From the NCBI GenBank assembly GCA_010356995.1, contig ML996706.1, positions 315,789-379,788 on the forward strand: a stretch of 64,000 nucleotides of DNA, written 5' to 3'. Position numbers and translations under genes: made by a program. The notes beneath the pieces were generated by a model. That model saw nothing but the letters and a program-made list of their open reading frames with translations. It ran no database searches and was not told the DNA's origin. Positions 27,232-39,047 of this stretch are shown in pieces. Within the stretch, counting starts at the first letter, position 1. Every line of letters begins with the position of its first letter. Origin of the DNA: Trichodelitschia bisporula (lineage: Eukaryota).

Positions 27232-28522
27232 TTAAGCACAGCTAACCCCCGAAGGATGAATATTGTTACAACTGAACGCCTTACTCCCTCCCGGCGCCCT
27301 GACATTGATATCCTTCAGCACAATATTCTTGCACCCAGCAGCACTCGCACACGTCAAACTCCCCACGGTATTCTTCTTCCCACTCGTCGTGCCCGAAAAT
27401 CCCTGCATCAGGATATTCGAAATGGTAACCTTCGACGGATTCGCCTTGCACTTCGCCATATCCTTCTCCATATAGCACTGCGTGATCTCAATCGCCGAGT
27501 CCACCTTCGACACCCGCATATTCTCATACGTGACATTTGCCACACGGCCGGAGCCTCCTCCGCCCTCCAGCCCCCCGCCGGCCGAGTGCCCCCCGCTCCA
27601 CGTCTTGATCCGCGCGCCGTTGCTCGCGTTCGCCATGCTGACGTTGTACACCATAATGTTCTCGACGATGTCCGTCTTGCCGCGGTACTGTCCCAGAGAT
27701 CCGACGCTGATGCCATGGCTCCCTGAGCATACGAGCCCTTGGACCAGGATATCGATGCTGCCCGGCTTGAACGACACGCAGTCGTCGCCGTTGTCGATGT
27801 TGCTGTTCTGGATCACGATGTTGCGCGAGTTGTACGTGCTGCTGGTCAGCCTGGTCCCACGATTACGGGGAGAGGGGGACTCACTCCCATCCATCCGTGT
27901 TCCCGTTGTGTCCGCTGATGCGCAAGTCCGAGTAAACCACATCCTGGCTGTCCTTCACGAGATGGAACCACTGCGGCGAGTTCCTGAGCGTGAGGTCCGA
28001 GATCCGCCCGCCCTTAAGCCCAATCGTGCCGAACAGAATTGGGCGCGGACTCTTCCCCTTCCACACACCCCCATTCCCATCCAGCGTCCCCCCACCATAA
28101 ACATTGACATCCACCCCCCCAAGCTGGAAAAACGTCATCGCGTCCTGGAAGTTATGCTTAAACCCATGTTTCTGCCAGTAGGCAACATCGTTCGTAAACG
28201 TAATCTGCCCGTTGATAACCAGATCCACATGCTCCAGCTTACTCAAATCCATCGCCGTGCCCACGGTGTACTTCACCCCGCGCGTAAACACCACCTTCCC
28301 CCCGCCATTACACGCCTTAACCGCCTCCATGATATGCGGCGTATCATCCCCACCACCCCCGCTCTTGACTACGCATTCCTTCGTCCGTGGCGTCGAGGGC
28401 GGTATAGGCTTGAACGGCGGCTTGGGTCCGACGGCGATGTCGAAGGCGACTTGACCGGTCAATTGCGTGACGGTTGCGCCGAGGGCGAGCCCGCTCGTTG
28501 CGAGGAGGTGGAGGAGGTGCAT
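27232..28522 (-). CDS. Secreted GH28 polygalacturonase (exo-PG-like)
   Basis: Signal peptide MHLLHLLATSGLALG; catalytic motifs NTDGWD (across intron ~27839-27884), GDDCVSFK, GSHGISVGSLG, RIKT. Confidence 0.92.
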
Positions 28523-29272
28523 CGTGGACTTGGCGGTGGTGGCATGGGAAGGATCCCGGGGCGTGGGGAGCTTAAGAGGGACATTTCTTTTGCAGGAGAT
28601 GGGATAGGTGGGATTTAGGCGGGTGGATGGGTGGGTGTTTATGTGGAGAGAGAGCAAGTGTCGTTATTAGGTGCTCGATTTGGGGAGGCGGGGCCTTTAT
28701 CCGGTTTTAGATTGAGGATGGGGATGGCTCCTGGAAGGGGGGTGTGATTCGCGGTTAGGCAGTCACGAGGGCTCGAGATGAAGATTCCCCGTTTTGGGAT
28801 ACATTTGGTCGTCTATGGTACGAGATGCGTGAGAAATTCTAGTCCCGAAGAAAGACTCCTTTCCCCCGTTTCCTAGCCTCCAGTTCCGACGTACACATGA
28901 AGTTCAGATAGAACGCCGCAAAATGACCACAATGACGCCCATGTAATGCCGCAAAAACGTAGAAGGAAGAGACTCTCTCATGTCCCACTGTGTCGTCAAT
29001 GGTAGTGTGATCAGCAGCCTCCCGCGACCCAGACTACTGCTTATGCGGAGTCATAGAATTCCGACGCGCGCGCCGCAGCCCAGCACGATCATCGACACGC
29101 TGAAGACCACTGCCCCAGTACTCTTTACCCGCAACCGCATGGCGTAAGGGAACCATATCGGTACCACCATCGGTGCCCCTTATTCCGAATTCAAGTTAGC
29201 AAACGGCTTCCAGGAGATATAAGCTCTACGAGAAGGCCTGGTTGGTCCGGGCGTGGGGGGTTAATGTGGGGA

Positions 29273-30365
29273 TTAAAACCAGATTTTGATCAGCTCCTCG
29301 CTGACGGCGCTCGGTGTGAGAATGCCTGCTTCCGTGATGATGCCGGAGATGTACTCGGGAGACTGGCAGCAGGTTAGCGCAAAATTCATATCGGGAACGG
29401 TTGTAACATACCGTGAAGTCCACGGGGTCTGGCGTCATATCCCAAGGGTTAGGTTCATCCGTGCGGAAATCGACAATGCGCTGCTCGATCCCAAGATCGC
29501 CCTGGCTAAGCGGGAACATTCGAACGAACTTATGGCTCTCAGCCACCACGTAGAAAGGGCGATGCGCAGCCTTAGCCAGCATCCCAATCTGACACGTCCC
29601 AAGCCGCGAGATGATACCGCCGTTCTCAACAACGCCCTCAGCGCCAACGATAACCATATCGACCTTGCCGCCCCCAACGCCGCCAGCAAGCGAGTACCCG
29701 ACGGCGCCTTCCGACACCGTGGCAACGGGGACTCCGCGCTCCCGCAAGTCTTTTACCAGGTCCAGCCCCTCGGACTGCGGGCGCCCGGGCCGAGGCGGCG
29801 GGAGCACGTAGACGACGCGGAAGCGAACACCCCCCTCGGCAGCCTCGCGCAGCAGCGCAGCGACAACACGCGAGCCGCCCGTCGTGAGAACCGTGCAGCC
29901 CTCCTTCATCAGGTTGCGGCCAAAGGAGGCGATGCGCGCACGCGCGGCCTTAGCGTTGGCTACGAAGCTGCGGCCGTGCTTAAGGAGGTGTGCGCGGATG
30001 GTGGTGAAATCGTCCGTCGCGGGAAGCTTCTTCGTTCCCTTTTTCGAGGCGAGGGGAACGTTACCAGGCCTCAGGGACATGATCAGGTAGCGTTGGAAGA
30101 GGTCCGTTCCGGCGCTCAACGAGATCGGGTTGGGGGTTGATTCGGCCAAGCGCTGGCTCAGATCGCGCAGCAGGTCCAGCGTCTCGGAGATGGTGGTGGT
30201 CGGATGGGCGGCAAGGCCGAGGACGAGGGACTCAATGGCTGCCACGGGCATGGTCAGGTCCGGGTCCATGGCGAGGAGGTTGCGGTAGGTTTCGACAACA
30301 TCGAAGGATGAGTCGTCGACAGCCTCCGGGGTCAGGATCTGTTCGGCAGGAGTCTCAGTCGACAT
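29273..30365 (-). CDS. GCN3: Translation initiation factor eIF2B alpha subunit
   Basis: MPVAAIESL, AGTDLFQRY, VDMVIVGAEGVVENGGIISRLGT, PFYVVAESHKFVRMFPL; intron near 29364-29411; ends TPSAVSEELIKIWF*. Start could lie further upstream (ATG 30962). Confidence 0.9.
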
Positions 30366-31959
30366 GATGGCGGGTTGGTCAGATCTCGAAGCTGTCTCGG
30401 GTTGGGTAGCGTTACCGATGTTGTCCTTAGGAAATGGCTCGTCAGCGGGGGGTTCCGTAGCTGCAGGTTCGGCCGTTGGCGTGTGAACTGAAAGTTCAGC
30501 TACCGACGGAACGGAAGATCCAACTACGACTCCAGTCGTCTCGGATGGGAGAGCTTCCTCGCTGCGTTCAGAAACTGTGCCACCAGTAGTCGCAATGACT
30601 GGCTCCTCGGTAGAAAGCTCCGCAACCACAGGGACGTCCCGCTCAATTGACTGCGTCACAGGGGACTGCAGGAGTGGATCGTGCTGCGATTCAACAATTG
30701 GAATTTTCTGGGTATCAGAAGTGCCCGACAAACTGGTTGGTGCGTAGGATTCCGAATTGATAGGAAATTCACGAGATCCGGAAAGGATTTCGGGCTGCGA
30801 GCTCACAGATTTATCCTGATCGTCGGTTTGGCGCTTTTTCGGGGAGCTGAAGGAGCGCAATCTGGTGGTAAGGTTGCCAATCCAAGATTTTCTGGTGGCT
30901 AACTTTGGGGTGGTTGGCGAGGAAGCCAGTGAATTGTCGCTGTCGGCTATCTTTGAAGGCATCGAGTCATCGCCGTCGCCAGGCAATCCTGCAAATCGCA
31001 CGGCTTTCTCAGCATACAGACTTGGCAAATTTGTGTGGCGCTAGGCGAAGTTTGGCATAGCCGGGCATGTGCCAAGGGTGATTTGAGAGACGTACCTTCA
31101 CGTCGCTTCTTCTTGAACCTCAGCGACATCTTGCAGCATATGCCTCACGACTGAAAGACCCGGAGGATGATGAGTTGGACTCGGTTTAAAGAGCTAGCGG
31201 ACTGCGTATGCGTGAGTGGGAATGAAGTGTACCTTGGTTGGTCTATAAGAAACAGTGGTGGAGGCCGTCGTCAACTTCGTACAAGTAACTACAGCGAGGA
31301 GAATGTTGTTTGCTGCAGAAGCAAGAGGCCGCGAAGATTCATAATGGGGCGTGGCAAACACATCAGCATACGACCGCCGAGTGTGTCGTTCAACTGTTCA
31401 ATGTTTGATTTGCTGCTGCGTGAGCAAATGCGCGGAATGTGTTTGCTTCGGAGAGGAGCTTGGCTCGAGAGTCTTCGGCAGGCATGAGCTCGGCTTGGGA
31501 TAAAAACAAGTCGCCAGATTTGCATGTCTTCAGGATACTCATTCAAGGGGTAGCATAGGCTTATCACCTTCTTCCATTTCCGTTGGCCAGCTGTGGCATC
31601 CAGCGATATGCTGTGCCAGTGCATTGGGTAGCGACGCTTGCAGCTTCTTGCTCACAGTCAGCCTTGCTTTGCTGGAGCACTCGATGCCTCCAACCACATT
31701 TCCAACATCCCGCATGTGCCAATTCAAATACCACTAGATCACCAACCGAGTCAGAGTTGCAAGGCAGCAGACAAAAAGTGAAGATGCATCCCCGAAATAG
31801 CCTTGCAAAAACTGCCTAAAACCAGGCACCAGCCTCAGAATGCGCCACACACCGTTGACTCTCATCCCTCCCTAATTGGCCCCCACCTCCCATCCCTTGA
31901 CGACCCGAATAGCTCCCCGCACGCTAATACCTGTATAAAACACGCTGGACCCACTCCCG

Positions 31960-32187
31960 ATGCCCCCGCCTAGCACGACGTCCTCCTCCTCCTCCTCCCA
32001 ACCCAAATCCTCAATCTACGACCAAACCTTCCTCCTCGCCGTCATCACCCTCTTCGGCACCGGCCTCCTCTACACAATCGACACTCTCTTCCCGATCGTC
32101 GAGCCCAAGCCCCCCTCCCTCGATCTCGCCTACGGCATCGACCCTAACGCGAACGGTGACGGCGGCGACGACGGCGGCGACGACTAG
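31960..32187 (+). CDS. Putative 75-aa single-pass membrane microprotein / uORF of NECAP gene
   Basis: ATG 20 nt after TATAAAA (31934); hydrophobic stretch FLLAVITLFGTGLLYTI; acidic tail; strong third-position C bias like neighbouring CDS. Confidence 0.45.
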   Translation: MPPPSTTSSSSSSQPKSSIYDQTFLLAVITLFGTGLLYTIDTLFPIVEPKPPSLDLAYGIDPNANGDGGDDGGDD

Positions 32188-32235
32188 CCCACTCTCTTCA
32201 CCTCCCATCTCTTTACACCCTCCCAACCCGCCAAA

Positions 32236-33018
32236 ATGGACATCAACCCCCTCACCTCCCAACCCTGGCCCAGCAACACCCTCCACCGCATCCTCCACAT
32301 AACCCCAAAGGTCCACATCTACCTCATCCCCCCCGCCGGCCCCGGCTCCCTCACCGCCCGCTCCTGGACCCTCAACCCAGCCGATCACATCTTCACCGCG
32401 CGCCTCCGCATCCTCGAGTCCGCCGTCGGCGAATCCCTGTCCCTAACCATCCTCCTCGAAGACCCTTCAACCGGCGCACTCTTCGCCGCTGCACCCTATA
32501 CATCCCCGGCCGCCGTCACACAAGCCACAGACTCGTCCCGCTTTTTCGCGGTAAGGGTGGTGGGCGAGGGGGGCAGGCGCGCGACGCTGGGCGTCGGGTT
32601 CGAGGAGCGGAGCGAGGCGTTTGATTTCGGTGTTGTGTTGCAGGATGCGCGGCGCGGGATGGGCATGGATGCTCCGGCGGGTGCGCCTGCGGCTGGAGCC
32701 CGCGGCCGCCGCGCGCCGAAGAAGGAGGAACCCGAAGTAAAACGCGATTTCAGGCTTAAGGAGGGGGAGACGATTACGGTTAGCATTGGGGGCAAGGGAA
32801 AACGAGAAGCGGAGCCGGCGGCGGAGGGAGCGGCAGGCGGTGGGCTGTTTGCGATTGCGCCGCCGCCGGGCTCGGCTGGCGCCTCGGGGGGCGGGATGCC
32901 GGTGCTTGCGCCGCCGCCGAGTGCGGCGCAGGTTAGGGCGGGGAGGAGGGAGGGAGGGGCCAAGAGTGCGGCGGAGGAGTTGGGGTTTGATGATGGGGAG
33001 TTTGGGGAGTTTCAGTAG
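32236..33018 (+). CDS. NECAP-like adaptin ear-binding coat-associated protein (PHear/DUF1681)
   Basis: LFAAAPY, DSSRFFAVRV, LGVGFEERSEAFDF, DFRLKEGETITV, C-terminal acidic-aromatic FDDGEFGEFQ. Confidence 0.88.
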   Translation: MDINPLTSQPWPSNTLHRILHITPKVHIYLIPPAGPGSLTARSWTLNPADHIFTARLRILESAVGESLSLTILLEDPSTGALFAAAPYTSPAAVTQATDSSRFFAVRVVGEGGRRATLGVGFEERSEAFDFGVVLQDARRGMGMDAPAGAPAAGARGRRAPKKEEPEVKRDFRLKEGETITVSIGGKGKREAEPAAEGAAGGGLFAIAPPPGSAGASGGGMPVLAPPPSAAQVRAGRREGGAKSAAEELGFDDGEFGEFQ

Positions 33019-33499
33019 CGAGGCGTTTGGGGGTGGTGGGTTGGATAGGCGTAGAATATATGCCACGCTTGAATGTTAAGACGTTGTTGTGGCATCGTGA
33101 TGCCTCTGTCGTGTAACTTACACTGATCACCGTACAGTCACAATCACTCATGCGCAGTAAAGTTTAATACACAGTACATTGAATTCCTAGGCAGACCACT
33201 CTCCTGAGTGGCGGAATGAGGATCGCCCACCCCGCCTGTCTGCCAGTACACACTAAACCAAGGCAGAACCATTCTACCTGGGGGCGGAATTGACACGCCC
33301 AGCCCACCTGTCGCCCATTCTACTCCGTAAATTGCATCATACACGAGGGTATCTCAAACATCCCACCACCGTACACCGCGCCAGATGCTTTCCCAGACCG
33401 ACAAAATGAAGTAAAAAAACAAACGCCGAAATGCAAGACAGTTTCCACCTGACGCCTAACAAAGCATAACCCATACGCCGTTCCACCTGTGCCGATGCG

Positions 33500-34495
33500 A
33501 CCGTCGTGATTGTCCGTTGCGCCGTGAAAACCGATTGAAGTTGAGGTAGAGATGTGTGTCACGCCCGTTGATTGGGGAGGGAGTCTGCAAAACTTGAAGG
33601 GAGATCTCGAATAAGGGTATCGCGAATAGACGTTGATGTGGGGACAGGTGACAGTCGCCATCATCCGTGGCGCCGTGAACAAGATAAGATTGAGGTAGAA
33701 ATGTGCGTGTCGCGCCGTCAGCTGCAAAAAGAGTATGCAAGATCGAGGAGGGCATCGCGAGCAGATATTGTTGTGGGGAGACGTATGATGAGGTGAGGCA
33801 CGATTGGTTGCGCTGAGGTAAGGTATGGGTGTTGTCCGTCAATTGGAGGAGTCCGCAAGATCCAGGCAGGGTTCTCCAACAAGGGTATTGCCAATACACA
33901 TTGATGTGGGGAGAAGATGTAAAGCTGCACGGCATGGTCGCAATGTGAGCTCTATCCTGGAGCGGACCCGAGTGACAATAAACAAATGGAGGGCCTTTGT
34001 CCATCCCGAAGTGGCCTTAGAAAGTATGAGATGTTGAAGAGCCGATGATGTAATGTTGTGACGGATGGGCCTGAGAATATCGGTAGAAGGATGATATTGG
34101 CATCGTGCAGATGGAGGGCCGTTGTCCATCCTGAAGGAGCTCCATGAAGTAGGGTCAAGCAGAGTCGATGATGTGATGCTGCGAAGAATGGGCCTAGGAA
34201 TTTCGGTAGACGGATGAGATGTGGATCGTAAAGATGGAGGGCCGTTGTTCATCCAGAAGAAGCTCCGTGAAGTAGAGGTCAGGCGGAGTCGATGATGTGA
34301 TGTTGTGACGAATGGGCCTAAGAATTTCGGCACATGGATGAAATATGGATCGTACACATGGTTGAAGGGTCCAAGGTGATGGTTGAACCAGATGGAGGGC
34401 CGTTGTCCATCCAGAACCAGAGTCAATGATGCCATGTCGTGGCGAGTCGGCCTAAGAATTTTGGTAAAACGATGAGATGCGGTTGGGACACTTGG
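33500..34495. repeat. Degenerate tandem repeat array, about 7 units of ~125-165 bp
   Basis: ATGGAGGGCC(G/T)TTGT(C/T)CATCC at 33986, 34111, 34234, 34392 with homologous following sequence; TGAGGTA at ~33542, 33691, 33814 and TTG(A/T)TGTGGGGA at ~33633, 33768, 33901. Confidence 0.8.
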
Positions 34496-34619
34496 ACGAA
34501 GGGGGTTCTCGAGCGAGGCCAGTGTGATTATGTGGTCAAAGTTCGGGCCAGTCAGAGAAGGATCGCAGAATGATGTTGTCGGGGCCCAGATATTCTGCAA
34601 GAAGTGGTGTCCAATGGGT

Positions 34620-36645
34620 CTACAGCTCAAACTCGCCGGTGTATGATCCATGCATCAAGGTGGCAGCAAGCTGGAAGCGAGCGACATTGATTTCCTCCGG
34701 ACGAACAACTTCCCTCGGGATTTCGTTACGAAGGATTGCATGAGCGTTGCAGCAGACGAACATGCCGCAGTCCCTGTCGTTGTTCTGAAGGGCACTCAGA
34801 CCTTGGAGATCCTGCCATTCATCCCCGTTGTACTTGTCGCCTAGTTCGAACTGAAGCCAGTCACGCGCGGCTTTGAACTGTCGGGTTGAAGGCCAGTTCA
34901 GGGAGTCGTAGTATTCGATCTTGCGCACTTGAGGGCAGATTACCAGGAGAGTCCAGTGACTGCCGGCGCAAACCGGGATGAAGATCTTCTTGACTTTCAA
35001 GATGCCCTCGCCAGAGACCTTGAGGCGCTTGCCCCAACGAGTGACTGACGCCGGTCCCCTACCGCCAGTGACATTGTGGAACCATGCGGGATGGAATGTG
35101 GCGTATGGCGGCGGTGCGCCGGTGCTCTTGTCGTAACCTTCCTTGTCATTGGCGCGCTGAACAAGCGACTTGAGGCTCGCTTCGACTGCATCGTCATTCA
35201 GCCAACCGCCAGGTGCGCCAGCAAGGCTGCGGCCGCCATCAATGATGGTAGAGATGGTACGAGTGTTAATTTGCGGCAAGGGCCCGTGAGCGGCATCGTG
35301 GCGGGTATCCAAAGCTTTCCAGATCTTGAGCTCCGTTTCGTCATCTATCTCGCGGATAAGAGGCGGGCGTAACGCAGCAACTTTGGCCTTGTGCTTCTCC
35401 TCTTCAATTCGAGCGTCTTCGGCAGCCTTCGCCTTGCGCTGTTCTTCAGCGATCCGAGCTTCTTCAGCGATCCGAGCTTCTTCGGCAATCCGAGCCTGAC
35501 GCTCTTCCTCTTCGATCCGGGCGCGCTCAGCAGCTGCAAGGCGCTCTGCCTCCTGCCGGGCGAGTTCGTCGTCTCTCTTCTTCTTTTCCTCAAGGATGCG
35601 GACCTTTTCTTGAGCAGCGGCGAGTTTCTGCGGAACCCGCTTGCTCCGCTTGTAGGCTTCTGAGGTCTCCAGGCCCTCGAGGGACTTGAAGGGCTTCAGC
35701 CGGATTTGCTGCAACTGGCTGGCAATATTGCCATCGGCGCCGACGTATGCGGGCGATTCCTCCGGCTGCTCGTTGGAGCTGGCGCCAGCTTCGACGGCCT
35801 CCCAATCATCTTCGTCCATGCGCTCATCTTCGTAGTAGCCCCTTGGCGTGATGTCGAGCTGTCTGCTGACGACACTGGGCGACGGCCAGTGGACGGTCTT
35901 GCGTGGCCTAGGACGGGTCGGGGTGGTGTGAGTGTGGGCATCGGGCCGGCCGGCTTTAGCGCGGCGAAGAAAGTCGGAGAGCGGAGGCCTGACGCGCTCC
36001 AGGTTCTGTGCGCGCCTCAAGATTGTCCCGGGGAGTGGCGGCCTCGTCGGCGGACGCACCATGCCTGGCCAACCAGATTCATCCTCCACGCGAGCCATCT
36101 CTTTCGCCCTCCGCAGCCTGACCTGGCGCCGCATCTCGTAGATCTTGGCCAGCCCCGGCCCCGTCGGCTCCTCGTCCACCGTACGGTAGAGCGATTCGCG
36201 GTGCCGCACCCCGGTCGCGTCGGAGACACCCCAGAGCTCCGAAGCCCTCGCGCGAATGGACTCATCCGCCGACGGCCCGCTGCCGTACGCCGCAGCACGC
36301 GCCTCGAGGAACGACGCCATTGTGGCGGCTGGAGGGGAGTCATGGGGAGGAGAACCGCCCCCGCTTGCGCTCCTGGAGCGGCGCGAGCCCGTGGGCGATG
36401 CCGAAGGGGAAGCCTGCGCCATTGGCCGGCGGAAAATGGAGACGAAGGCACCAATGGCGCCGCCAACGTAGTTATGAACGGCCCCGAGGACCGATTGCTC
36501 GGGCTGAGGCGGGTCGATGCGGGCGCGCTGCGCAGGAGGCTGTTAATCACCATCAATCAGTACTGTAAGGCAACGCGATGAAACCGCCAGAAGGTGGAAA
36601 TACCTCGTCCTCGGACGGCTCCGCGCGACGCTTCAAGGAAGACAT
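34620..36645 (-). CDS. ULP1: Ulp1-family SUMO protease (peptidase C48)
   Basis: WLNDDAV, catalytic HWTLLV, YYDSL, QNNDRDCGMF; short first exon MSSLKRRAEPSEDE (36645-36604) spliced in frame into the 600-aa ORF. Confidence 0.85.
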
Positions 36646-38416
36646 CGCGCTCCGCGATGTGGGAGCGGAGACAGAAAGTGATGCGCGATATGCGCAGGTT
36701 TTCGGGGGTTGCGTGATGGGTTTTTTTTTCAAACGGTGGAGCTGAGAATGTCGGGGAGCTGGTTGTGGTGAGGTTTTGGGTGGTGCTGAGGAAGTTGTAC
36801 GGAGAGGGAGTGGTTCACGATCTCAGAGCTGTCTGTGAACGGGGAAGCCTTTGCGCGTCGGGCGCACGGACCACCTTTTTCAATGGAGGCCAAGGGCCTG
36901 AGTCTTGGCAGTTCTGCCACTTTTGCTGTGCAGCCGGTTGAATTGGGGAGAAGCGACGGAGCGATTGGGGGGTGATAGGGAAAGAGCAGTTTGCCAAAGA
37001 GAGTTTGTGAGTGTCGGAATTCGAGGAAGGAGAACTTGAGGGCCAAGGAGGAGAAGGAGAGGGAGGAGGGTGACTTGCATTTTTTCAACACCAAAGAAGC
37101 CCTCCGTGAAGAAGGCGTCGAGGTGTGACGCCTGGCCGTTTTCATCCCATCGCGACAACAGGAAGAGAAAGAAACACCTCCTTCCTTCTCATAGTTGGAG
37201 AGTTGAGGTCCGATGAAAGCAGCGGCCCGACCCGGTAATAATGTAAGGCCGCTTTCAGCTTTCAACGTAGACAATAGGGTCCCCTCTTTTTCTCTCCCTG
37301 CAGTTAACGGCTACCTCATAGCTTCCCTTCCACTCATCTTCCCTTACTTTTTCCCTGAGCTTTGCTCCTCTCTCCCTTCTCAGCCCTACCCGCACATGGC
37401 GTGCATTAGCGCCCAGAATGTTGTGGGGAAAGGTTTTGATGGACGCGGCGATGGTAAACACCACCCAACACCACCCCAGGGGACTGTCCTCCCCCACACC
37501 CCCCCGCCAGTTCCGCCTTGTCTTTTGATGCTTGCGGCCCTCGTTCACTCTCACTCGTCCAATTACACCCACTTCAATCCACCAGACTCCATTCCAATTG
37601 CCGCCTTGTCCCTGATCATATGCAGAATCCGTTTCCTGTCTCTCCGTTCAACCTCTTCAGCTCACTCTGACTCTGCATCGTAGAACGCTGCACGCCGTAT
37701 GTTTCATCCTAATTCCTGTCGCTGCTGCTTTCTATGCGGCAAGGAGCTTGTGACGTTGTTGAATCGGTATATATCTATGCGAAGGATATATCATCGTGTC
37801 TACGTAGGTTTGTAGGGACGTATATATACATTGCACAACAAATTATCTGAAGATAGCAAGCTTCTGTCGGCCAAATGCTGCATGGACAGTCGGGTTTGTC
37901 GCCATAGTTTGCCCACAAAGCCGAGCTGCTCACCGGGTTGAGAGATTGCATCAAAGAGCCTGTTTTGTTCCTGTCGTTGGTGGAAAAAATAATTGTGCAG
38001 TAACTGGCTGCAGAGCACATGGAGTGGAGATGTGTTTAAGCTGGAATCCCTAGTTGTTGCATTTCGTCGATAATTCGGCACTGCCGGCATCGGTTGATAA
38101 GGAGTGTGAATACGGGTCTGCTTTTCGAGCACCCTTGTTGAAGGCCCAAACCCTCCGAGCTTGACAGGATAGGATTTGGATATTGAGATAGACGTAATAA
38201 CACCCTGCTATCATTATACCATGGGAGCAAGAAACGAAGAGCACATCTCAAGATTCGGTTCTGCCTGAATACCTCGACTCGCTTCACTGCCTCGCTTCAC
38301 TGCTATCCCAGCCGAATTCAATGTGGATGCCTTGCTGCCTGACCCTGGACTTGGCTCTTCCGCAAATCTATCACAGCTTGAGTGATCGCGACACTCTGCC
38401 ATCACCACACCACACG

Positions 38417-39047
38417 ATGCCATTACCCTTTCTTTGCCGGCTCATCCGGACGCAGGCATCGATTCTGTCTTTTTCCGCTGTCAGACCTGCCCGTCCGACA
38501 CTCCCTGCTCGCCCCGTCGGCGCCTTAGCTGCTTTCGCTGCGCGTTCCTTCTCCGCCTCCACCCCGTGTCCCGCAACCTTCAACCAAGTCCTAAGAGGAT
38601 GTCGAGTCGCTCAGCGCGCGCGTAAGAAGACGTCCCCGCAACTGTCGTACCGTCCGGAGATGAAGGGTGTGTGCCTGAAGGTCGGCACGACGAAGCCCAA
38701 GAAGCCCAACTCCGGCGACCGGAAAATCGCCAGAGTGAGGTTGAGCAACGGGAAGGAGATCACGGCTTATATCCCTGGTGAAGGTGGGTTCTGGTCATTT
38801 GCCATATGCTGGATTTGGAGGCTAATGGGGCTAGGTCACAATGTGCAGCAGCATTCGGTGGTGCTCGTGAGAGGTGGAAGGGCTCAGGATTGTCCTGGTG
38901 TGCGTTATCATCTGGTTAGAGGTGCTTTGGATCTGGTAAGTTCGCGATGCGCGACCTTTGACGGGTGTCTGACGCGCATAGGGTGGTGTTCCGAACAGAA
39001 TCACTTCCAGGTCGAAATACGGGACGAAAAAGCCGAAGACCTCATAA
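38417..39047 (+). CDS. MRPS12: Mitochondrial ribosomal protein S12 (uS12m)
   Basis: Arg-rich presequence, [54 protein letters not shown], two introns, ends [13 protein letters not shown]. Confidence 0.93.

Noticed and set aside
33980..34420. CRISPR-like appearance of regularly spaced hairpin repeats
   Set aside because: The intervening segments are ~100 bp and homologous to each other, there are no cas genes, and the context is eukaryotic.
36729..38300. ORFs of 80-180 aa between ULP1 and MRPS12
   Set aside because: No motifs, codon bias or convincing splice structure; probably promoter/UTR sequence.
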